This document shows, piece by piece, positions 50,582-61,100 of a stretch of 64,000 nucleotides of DNA. The stretch covers positions 65,960 through 129,959 of the forward strand of contig JAZDLR010000022.1 in assembly GCA_043801745.1 (NCBI GenBank), written 5' to 3'. The DNA is from Candidatus Komeilibacteria bacterium (lineage in GTDB: Bacteria; Patescibacteriota; Patescibacteriia; UBA1558; 2-01-FULL-52-15). How positions within the stretch are numbered: the first letter of the stretch is position 1; each line of letters opens with the position of its first letter. The position numbers and the translations under genes were made by a program. Below the pieces are notes generated by a model. The model was not told where the DNA came from. It did no database searches and worked only from the letters and a program-made list of their open reading frames with translations.

Positions 50582-52374
50582 CTATTTACCTTTAAGCTTA
50601 TTAAACAAATCACTTAATGTAAAATGATGGAGATTCACTGGTATATTTTTGCCAAGAATATTCATGCTAAAATCTGCATCGACATGGAATGTTTTGGCGC
50701 CACCATCAGTAAACGCATGGCGGTCAAGACTAATTACTCGCTGTTTAGCTAAATTGCCCGGCTTCTCAAGATCACGCAAGATCAAACCGCCACCGCCACC
50801 CTTATAGGGATCTGCCGCCAGCTGATACCTTTCTCCTGTAAACTTTAAACCTTGACTGTCAAGTTGGGTAGTAATCTTACTAGATTTCGATACTCCTTCA
50901 GCGATAAGGAAAGTGTCAAACGCAGCACCGCCTACCGCCTGTCCCTGGGTGTAGTCGTCAGCCGCAAGAAATTCTTTAGCTTGCATAGCGAGACCGGTGC
51001 GTATCTCTCCAATAGTCTGGTTCGGATTCTGAGCGATATCGTGCGATAATTGGCTACCCTGCTTATAACCTTCTGCCACTAAATTACCTATTGACTTTGC
51101 CGTATCAATAGGATGAGTAATGGCGACACCAGTCTGATATGCTCTAACTGCGGCTCCGACTAATAATCCCTTGCCAAAATCCACGTCTGTATTCCCATCC
51201 GGATCCACCAATACTATCGGGTTTCCTCTACTATAAAGATAGCTATGTAATCTCTGCGGATCAGACAGAACTTTGGTCAGTTTATTTACATTGAGATTGT
51301 AAGGATCAATACTGGTAAAATAACCAGCGGTTTGATTATAATACCTGGCGCCAAAATAGGAAAGGTTGGTTTCGGTATCTAGTTCTTTACCGGTATACTT
51401 ATGATTATCACCAATGTTGGTCGTGGTATTGCTATAGGATATCGTTCCATACGGATAATAATCAGTTGTATCAATAATCTGACCACTGGTGTCAGTAGTT
51501 ATAGAGCTCGATCCCAAATGATCCGAGAGATCATAATAAATACCTGTATTAGAGCCATTTAGGACATCTGTGGCAAGTTTAATATTACCCAGGAAGTAGA
51601 AATTACGAGCAGCTCCGCTATATTCTTTTTCATAATACTTATCAATATAATAGGTGGCACTATCTTCGCTGGCAGGAATAGAGTTTAATTCAATAGGAAT
51701 CTGTAGTCTATCCGGAGTTGAGGTGGCTTCAGTATCATCTAATGGAGGTAATACTATATCGTCAGTACTAGTAGCAATAATCTCGGGCGTTGAGGTGGCT
51801 AGCGGATCGGGCAAGATAATAATATCTGGGGTAGTAGTAGCTAACGGCTCAACTAACGGTGTTACTGGGTCAATAGTAATTAGTGGAACTTCAATACGCT
51901 GCTCGTCAGAAGGCAAATCTGATGCCTCGTCCCCATCTGATACTGCTTCGGTTTTAATACTTTGCGCCACAACCTCTCCAACCCCTAACTCCTTACTTCC
52001 AACTTCTAACTCCTGATTTATCCCATCATCAAGACTACCGTCGATTGGAATCGGTAGCTTGGGATCAGGCGTTTCAACAATCGGCTCAACCGGTACAACA
52101 ATACTCTGCTGCTCTGGCACCGGACATTCTTCGTGAGACGGATCACAAGGGTCACCTCCCGGAGGCGGTGTATAGACAATCGTGTGTTTCTTAACTCTCT
52201 GATTCGTATGATCATAGACGTATTCGGTATGATCGGCCGAGCCGTCCAGAGTACTGCCAGTCATCAGGTCGCGCCAGTCGTAATTTAAGGTATCGGAATT
52301 GATAAACCGAACGTTACCGTTATTATCATAAGATAAGGTGTCAGAACCGGCTGTGCGGGCTTGGTGGGGGTTAT
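50582..52374 (-). CDS. Orphan RHS core plus C-terminal toxin cassette 2
   Basis: RHS core, DPDG, His-containing tip. Confidence 0.8.
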
Positions 52375-52383
52375 GTCAAAAAA

Positions 52384-52995
52384 CTAGTGTTTCTTTAATT
52401 TCACAAAGAACCAGATTGCTAATCCAATAATAACCAGATTAACGGAAAGTTGACCCGTTGCAAATCCGAGGGAATAATCATTATCGCTTTTCTGAATTAA
52501 ATATGTCAGTTTAAATAATTGCAAAATTGTACTAGGCAATATAGCTACAACTACAACAACACAAATAAATCGCCAAAATTTAATTCCAAAAGATTTCCCT
52601 TTCGATTTTAACAAATGGTCCGTGTTATTTGCTAATTCAGGATCCTCAAGAGCTTGTTTAAGTAACGTTTTGAACTCATCGTATGAGTCAAATAATTGAT
52701 CAAAAAAATTAGATCCATTGATTATCCTGATGATTTTTTTTCTAAGTTTAAGATATTGACTCCTGTCAAGCTGGTCGGATTCATCCAATATAAAATATTC
52801 AGCTAAAATTTCCGGGGTTTTTCCCAATAGATTGATATCCTGAAGCTCGACTTGATTGATCAATTCGGTCAAATCTGCTTTTACTGAATTATCAATATCC
52901 AATCTAAATAAATCCTCAAATAAATTTGCAGAATTAATATCTCTTGATTTAATTACAGAAAGAAGCCATTCTTTAAATTTTTTCACATCACTCAT
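52384..52995 (-). CDS. Putative immunity protein with conserved C-terminal two-TM anchor
   Basis: Directly follows cassette 1; ends WFFVKLKKH. Confidence 0.7.
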   Translation of the reverse strand: MSDVKKFKEWLLSVIKSRDINSANLFEDLFRLDIDNSVKADLTELINQVELQDINLLGKTPEILAEYFILDESDQLDRSQYLKLRKKIIRIINGSNFFDQLFDSYDEFKTLLKQALEDPELANNTDHLLKSKGKSFGIKFWRFICVVVVVAILPSTILQLFKLTYLIQKSDNDYSLGFATGQLSVNLVIIGLAIWFFVKLKKH

Positions 52996-52996
52996 A

Positions 52997-54777
52997 TTAT
53001 TTTTTTAACAATTTATCAATCACTCCCCAAGGAAAGTGGTTAACAATTTTGTTGCCATTTAATAATAGGTCAAGATGAGGCAAAGGCAGCTGAATACTTC
53101 CAACGGGAACATTATGGACATCAGCTCCTAAAACTCTAGTCTTATAATAATTACCTTTTACCTCAAAATCTCTGAGCGATACCCCTGCTCCCTTTGCCCC
53201 TTTAAATAAATCTCCACTCACTCCAAATCTTTCACCCTTTAAACCGACGGAGGCTCCTTGCTTATAAGCCTGAATGTCTCCCGATTTTTCGATTCCTTTT
53301 GCCATTAGGGCTGCATTACCGACAACATTTCCAACAGCCAACCCTTTCTCATAATCCGATTTATCCATGAATTCGTTATAATTCATGTTTAAGCCCGCCC
53401 TTATCTCTCCGAATGTCTGGCTGGGATTCGCAGCTATGTCACGTCCAAGAGAAACAGCACCCTCAACTCCGGCTTTAAGAGTATTACCGACGGATTTTGC
53501 TGTATTAATTGGATGCACTATTGATTCAACCGTTCCAACTCCAAAATTAACTACAGCCTGTCCGACACCTATTGAATATCCACCTAGGTATTCCACAGGG
53601 GTATTTCCATCCGGATCCACCAATACTACTGGATTCCCCCTGCTATAAAGATAACTATGTAATCTCTGGGGATCAGACAGAACCTTGGTCAGTTTATCCA
53701 CATTGAGATTGTAAGAATCAATACTGGTAAAATAACCAGCGGTTTGATTATAATACCTGGCGCCGAAATAGGAAAGGTTAGTCTCACCATCGAGCTCTTT
53801 ACCGGTATATTTATGATTATCACCAATGTTGGTCGTGGTATTGCTATAGGATATCGTCCCATACGGATAATAATCAGTTGTACCAGTAATCTGGCCACTA
53901 GTGTCAGTGGTTAGAGAACTCGATCCTAGGTGATCCGAGAGATCATAATAAATACCTGTATTAGAGCCATTTAGTACGTCCGTGGCTAGTTTAATATTCC
54001 CCAAGAAGTAAAAGTTTCGAGAAGCTCCGTTATATTCCTTTTCATAGTACTTATCTATGTAGTAAGTAGCCGTATCCTGCACGGCTGGCATTGAATTCAG
54101 CTCAATAGGAGTTTGAATTCTGTCTGTCGTAGATGTGGCTTCCGTATCATCTAATGGAGGTAATACTATATCATCAGTACTGGTAGCTATATCCTCTATT
54201 GGGGATTCTATTATTTCTGGGGTAGTCGTAGTAATGGTATCTGGAGTGGAACTAGCCACAGGCTCAATCAATGATGGTACTGGGTCAATGAAAATTGTAG
54301 GTAGCTCTAAAGGCGCAGGATCCTCAATAGTACCTACCTCATCTCCGGACTCATCTACAGCATCCGCCACCTGAACAGTCTGTGCTTCAACACTTTCTCC
54401 TTGCTCCATACTTCCTACTCCTGACTGATCATCAAGACTACCATCTACCGGAGTAAGTAACTTCGGTTCTGGCTTAGTAACAACCGGCTCTAACGGCACT
54501 ATAATAGTCTGCTGTTCAGGTACTGGACACTCTTCATGAGATGGGTCACAAGGGTCACCTCCCGGAGGCGGTGTATAGACAATCGTGTGTTTCTTAACTC
54601 TCTGATTCGTATGATCATAGACATATTCTGTGTGATCGGCCGAGCCGTCCAGAGTACTGCCAGTCATCCGGTCGCGCCAGTCGTAATTTAGAGTATCGGA
54701 ATTGATAAACCTTACGTTACCGTTATTATCATATGACAAGGTGTCAGAACCGGCTGTGCGGGCTTGGTGGGGGTTAT
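52997..54777 (-). CDS. Orphan RHS core plus C-terminal toxin cassette 1
   Basis: RHS core, DPDG, His-containing tip. Confidence 0.8.
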
Positions 54778-54786
54778 GTCAAAGAA

Positions 54787-54870
54787 CTAGCGTTTCCTTA
54801 ACTTCACAAAGAACCAAATTGCTAATCCAATGATCACAACATTGACTGTAAATTCGCCAATTATTAATCC
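54787..54870 (-). pseudogene. 3' fragment of a two-TM immunity gene
   Basis: Translates GLIIGEFTVNVVIIGLAIWFFVKLRKR*. Confidence 0.75.
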
Positions 54871-54884
54871 CGGTACTGAATCGG

Positions 54885-55184
54885 TCAATTTTGATAGACC
54901 AAAACTCCATAATCTCTATCAGATTTCATACTATCAATAATCTGGTTGACAACAAAACTATCATTTTCTTCAAACTCAACCTCTGATTCAACATGGGTCA
55001 GAACCTCAGTTTGAGTAACATATAAATCCTCCAGTTCTTCTTCGCTCAGAGTCTCAGTTACAATAACATTATATGTAAGTGTTTTATCCTTATAGGTAAA
55101 ATAAATTTTTAGAATCTTCAAACTTAATCTAGAAGATGTAAAGACATATTCAATGGCGCCTTTCAGTCTAGTGATTGGGTTCAT
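54885..55184 (-). CDS. Putative immunity protein for the Ntox50-like toxin
   Basis: Small and acidic, 5 bp downstream of the toxin gene; LSEEELEDL....TEV motif. Confidence 0.75.
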   Translation of the reverse strand: MNPITRLKGAIEYVFTSSRLSLKILKIYFTYKDKTLTYNVIVTETLSEEELEDLYVTQTEVLTHVESEVEFEENDSFVVNQIIDSMKSDRDYGVLVYQN

Positions 55185-55189
55185 ATTAA

Positions 55190-58100
55190 TTACTTAAGAA
55201 GTTTAAATGGCTTAGATGGCACAAGGTGCGTCCCTGTTTTACTGAAATGAATAGTACCTCTGGTTGTATCGAATAATTTTCCCGTTTTATCGTCGATGTA
55301 CTTACCAATAGTTTCACCGAAATCAATCGTTTCTTTCCATAGCTTTCCCTGATTAAATATTTTTTGACCCTTACCGGCGAATTCATTAATTAGTTTTTGT
55401 GGGTTAGTGTGGGTCACAATACTTTTGCCAACCTCATATGATTCCCCAAGTGCATGCTTAGCTTGCTTTGTAGCATCTATCGTCAGATTCAGTCCCTTAG
55501 TAGCCCCCTTAGCTAGGTCGTCAGCGTGTTTAGCTACAAACCCCGCCCCCTCTTTACTTCCTTTCCCATATCCACCTCCAGGTAGTGCTAATCCTAGGGC
55601 TACGCCACCAACAGACAACGCCTTGTCTGAATTTGATGAATTGGGATTGGCTAATGTGTTAGCAGTATCGTAATAATCATACATTGTTAATCCAACCTCG
55701 ACAACTCCCCAGGCAATTAGAATTAATGGGATAATTTTTCCATCGGGATCTACGTATCGGATAGGATTATTGACCGAATAAGCATAAGAGTTGAGATTCT
55801 GGGGATTCTGGAGATGAATCGCTAACGGTCTACCTGCGCTTTCCTTAAATTGCGCCTCATTACCCAACTCAAATAAGATCGTATCAATACTATTAAATCG
55901 TCCTATTTCCTGATTATAGTAACGTGCTCCAAAGTAAGATAGGTTAGTCTCACCATCGAGCTCTTTACCGGTATATTTATGATTATCACCAATGTTGATC
56001 GTGGTATTACTATAGGATATGGTTCCGTAGGGATAATAATCAGTTGTATCAATAATCTGGCCACTAGTGTCAGTAGTTAAAGAGCTTGATCCTAAATGAT
56101 CCGAGAGATCATAATAAATCCCAGTATTAGGGTCATTTAGGACATCTGTGGCTAATTTAATATTGCCCAGAAAGTAGAAATTACGAGCAGCTCCGCTATA
56201 TTCTTTTTCATAGTACTTATCTATATAGTAGGTAGCACTATCCTCGCTAGCCGGAATAGAGTTTAATTCAATAGGAATCTGGAGTCTATCTGAAGTAGAG
56301 GTAGCTTCGGTATCATCAATAGGTGGCAATACAATATCATCAGTACTGGTAGCGATAATCTCGGGCGTTGAGGTGGCCAGGGGCTCGGGTAAGATAATAA
56401 TATCTGGGGTCGTAGTAGCTAACGGCTCAAATTCGGGTAAGACAGGATCGGTAGTAACTAGTAGCACATCAAGCCGCTGATCATCAACAGTAATATTTGC
56501 GTCTGATTCAGCTGAACCGTCTTCAACCTTTATACTTTGCGCAGCAACCTCCCCACCCAAGGTATCTATATTAGGATCTATTAACTCTACATCAGGCACT
56601 TTAGGATTATTCACTTCCTCCTCTGATGTTGGTTCTAAAGGTACTACGATACTCTGTTGTTCGGGTAAGGGACATTCTTCGTGAGACGGATCACAGGGGT
56701 CGCCTCCTGGAGGAGCTTCGTAGATAATAGTGTGTTTCTTGACTCTTTGATTCGTGTGATCATAGACATATTCCGTGTGATCAGCTGATCCGTCCAGAGT
56801 ACTGCCAGTCATACGGTCGCGCCAGTCGTAGTTTAAAGTATCGGAATTGATAAACCTCACATTACCGTTATTATCATAGGATAAGGTTTTATCTCCGGCT
56901 GTGCGGGCTTGGTGGGGGTTGTTTAAAGTATAAGTGTAGTCCCCGACTCCGGTCTGCGATAAGATATTGCCAATGCTGTCATAAGTGAAACTACGGGTGT
57001 AATTAGTATTACTGGCGGAATTAGTAACAGTTACTGAAAGCAAACGATTCAAATCGTCATAACTATAACTGACATTTTTCGCCAACTGCGTGGCCGAAGT
57101 ATCGATCAAAGTTAAAATATTTCCATTCGGATCATAGATGTAAGCAATATCCTGTAAAACTCGGGAGCCCTTCACACTATGAATACGGGTCAGACGATAA
57201 TTCTGGCTCGCGTCATAAGTATAATCAGTAACAATTCCATTGCCGCGCTCCAAGTGCGCCACCTGACCCATCGGAGAATAAGTAACATTCTGCGCTAAAA
57301 CAGTGGTCTGACTATTTTTAACTTTATTCACCTGACTAACCTGTCCAGCCGAATTGTAAAGATAATCAACGCGCTCGCCTTCAGGATAAGTAATTGATGT
57401 CACGTTGCCGTTCCAGTCGTAGGTATAAGTTAAGACATAACTATTGCCGTCAATCATTCGGGTAACTGTCAGCGGCTTGCCCTGCGGATCATAAGTATAG
57501 ACCGTAGTTAAACCGTCACTGCCAACCACGCGGGTCAATCGACCCAGCTGTCCACTACCCTGATCATAAGTCAGCGTATACTCTGTTCCTGTCTGAGCAG
57601 TGAAGTTCTCGGTTAATAGCCGGTTCAGAGCGTCATAAGTATAATTCGTGGTCTGATACTTCGGATCTCGTTTGTTTAGAACGTTGCCGTTCTTATCATA
57701 AGTATAGGTCCAGTGCATCGGATTACTGACGCTGGCTTTATGCACCATATCCTGTTGCGTCAGATTATCCAAAGCGTCATAAGTAAAGTTACGGATGTTT
57801 CCTTGGCTGTCAGTAATTTTCCTCAGCTTATTGGTTAAAGTATATTCATAATTAGTCGTGTAGATCGAACTGCTGTTAAACTCCTCCACTTTCACCAAAT
57901 TGCCAAACGCATCGTTGGTCAATTTCTTGATCTTGCCCCGCGGATCAGTAATCGTAGTGGTCAAACCATCATAAGCATAACTAGTAGTGCCAGTTAAGAT
58001 GACTTCGGATAATTTACGGTTTAGACTGTCATAAGTGGTGACTTTCGCGTTCGTGAAGCTGGGACTGGAATTATAGGCATTTGAAGATGTAAACACTGGC

Positions 58101-61100
58101 AAGGATTCGCGGTTGACGCGGTCCTGACTGTCATAAGCGGTATAGGAAGTAACATATTGCCCGCTGACATCAGAACGCGAACTTTGGATCACCCGGCCTA
58201 AACCGTCATAGTATTCGCGGGAAGTAACATAATGACCCGTGCTAAAATAATCTTTAACTTCTTTATAGTTCGGAAAATTGGCGTCCTGATAAATTATCTC
58301 CTGTTTTGTAATCAAATTAGCCGCGTTAGCCGGATCAGACACCTCTTTCTTGATCAACCGGCTAAAAGCATCATAAGTATTTTTCTCCTGATAACCATTA
58401 GGATCACGGGAATATAATAATTGTCCGCTTACTGGGTCGTATTCAGTGACAGTCACGCGGCCCAAAGCATCAGTGGTCGTGGACACGAATAAATGCAGGG
58501 GTTCATAAGCTAAAGTTACCGCGGTATTTTCTTTCGGATCTTTCTTAGTCAACGGCAAGCCAAAACTGTCGTAAGTGGTTTCAATGTCAACGGTATTGAC
58601 TTTCAAATCTTCTTTCGTGACATTAGCGCGGTCGATCTGTCCTAAAGCTAACTGGTCGTAATACAGATCCTGATCTTTGGTCTCACCAATACCGGAAACT
58701 ACTTTTGTTTTAGGTGCACCAACAATATACTTTTGACTGTTAGTAGCATAAGCGTAAGTAGTAGTTTTCTCATCGCCAGTCAGCTGATCAATAATATCAC
58801 CACTACCGGTATTAGCAGTAACCTGACCAAGATTTTGTTCTTCCGTGACATTACCCAGAGCGTCATATTCGTAAGTTGTGGCCTGTGATTTGGCTGCTGT
58901 TCCGAAAATAGTTTGCGTGCCGCGCTCAACGAAAGAAAAAATTCTGTTGTCTGGCAAATTCACCGCATTAACCTTACTAACATTTTGCTGTAATAATTGT
59001 CCGCTAGCATTACGAATCTCCTGTCTGAACGGCTGACCTATTTTGGCATAGCTATCCTGATATTCTCCCATAGCCGACCCGTCCAATCCTCCACCCTGAT
59101 GATAATAAGTCGTTATCAGGCTGTCGCTTTCAGCTTTGGTAACCTTACCAAAACCCACAAACCTATTCTGTTTAATATTACTACCGACATAGTAACTACC
59201 GTCCTCATAGCTATAATTTACTGTTTGCTGGTTACCCAATCCATCGTTATAGTCAATTTCCGACACAACCGGCACATTAACGATTGACCGCGGATTCAAA
59301 AGTTGCTGATTCTCATCTTTCAATTGAGCCGAGGCAGCATAGTCAGCGCTAACAATGGTCTGATCCAGCCGTTTAATACTTCGCAGCTTTTGCCAATCAG
59401 CCGGTTGATTAAGAGTACGAACCGAATTTTCCTGCTCTTCATAAACATACTCAGTTTTATAGGAGGTATTATAGCTTGGCATCAGGCTACCGGTAGCATC
59501 AAATAAACGGAATCTGGAATTATAATCTAAACGTTTATTATCTCCCGTGTATTCACCAAAAATAAACGGTATTTGGTAACTGGTATCAATATTCCATTGC
59601 CCATTTCCGCTGTTAATATAAACATTTTTTATGTCTGAATTATTTTGCCAATAATCATGGTAGGACTCAACAAAGTCCGCCAAACCATCAGCGTTTATAT
59701 CCAAAATTTTGAATCTAAAACCATAATCATTCAATACTTGTGTAGTGGTATAATAGGAAAAATCCAGCGGAATGATCCAGGAAGTATCCAAATCCCAACC
59801 ACTCTTACCATTATTAATATAAACAGCCTTCTGATGGGTATTAATCGCCTGATCATACTGTGAATACATTAAATCTGGTAAACCATCACCATTAACATCG
59901 GCCACTCTATATTCGCTCTGACGGTCACTAATTTCATTACTGGAAGCGTGATAAGTAGCAAAATATACAGGTACGGTCCAATTAGTATCAAGGTTCCAAC
60001 CATTAATCCCGTTATTCAAATAGACATGCTGAATATGAGTAGCGGCATTATCATCACGGTATGATTCCACAAAATCAGCCAAGCCATCACCATTAATATC
60101 GGTAAAAATAAACTCCGGTGTATAAACCATCTGTTCACTACCACTAGAAGCATAATTGGCAAAATTTAAAGGTACAATCCAGCCAGTTGCCAATGTCCAG
60201 CCGTTAATACCATTATTCAAATAAACCTGTTGTACTGGAACATTTTCCACGGAATATGACACGACAAAATCTTCCCGCGAATCACCATTAACGTCACCAA
60301 CAACAAATCTGCTTTGATAATTCCAAATCGGCCAGCTACAAGTATCATAACGAAAGGCAAAATCAAATGGTAACTGCCAATCAGAAGTTGTTGCCCAGCC
60401 ATTAACGCCATTATTTATGTATGTTTTCTGATAAATATTTTCCGGACAATCTTGATTACTATGCAACAAGTCGGTCAATGAATCGCCATTAACATCCAAG
60501 GGCAAAAAGGCAAAAGTACCGCGTTGTGAAACATTTGAAACGTCTATAGACTCAAACCTAAAAGGCAGCTGATAATTACCATCAGTGATCCACTCTTTAG
60601 ACGAAGTACCATAATCAAAATCCGTAGCCGGCAGATATTCCCAGCCACTACCATTATTGCCCGCTTCTTTGACACGGCTAATCATTGTCTGGCCTGCTTC
60701 ACCAGCTATAGTCTCTAAATCATATTTCTTCTTAGCCACACCGTTTACCAAAACTTGAATAGTATTAATGGCATATTTGGTAGTCACAGAAAAACCCGCC
60801 TCCTGACTATTGGATATATCCGGTCGTGTACTAATGGGACCAGAATAAATCGGATCAAATATAATTCTATACGGCCCGTCAACGGTGCCATTACCAGTAT
60901 AATATATCGCTTTCGGATAAATAGCGCCGGAATCTTTCCAATACTCGTAGCGCAAAAAATTATCATTGGTGTCACGGATTTCGGCTAAATACCAGCGGTA
61001 AATTTTGCCGGCATCAGCCTGGTCGTTTTGACGGCTGGCACTATCGGAACCAAAAGTATATACAGTACCGGTCTTATCTGTAACTTTCCAAGTCTTGTCA

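Noticed and set aside
49880-54782. TTGACA at each cassette start as an internal promoter
   Set aside because: No -10 element at 16-18 bp; the downstream sequence is C-rich coding repeat
49880-54782. TGA read-through (genetic code 25) joining the cassettes
   Set aside because: Other genes end in TGA and long conserved genes are intact under code 11
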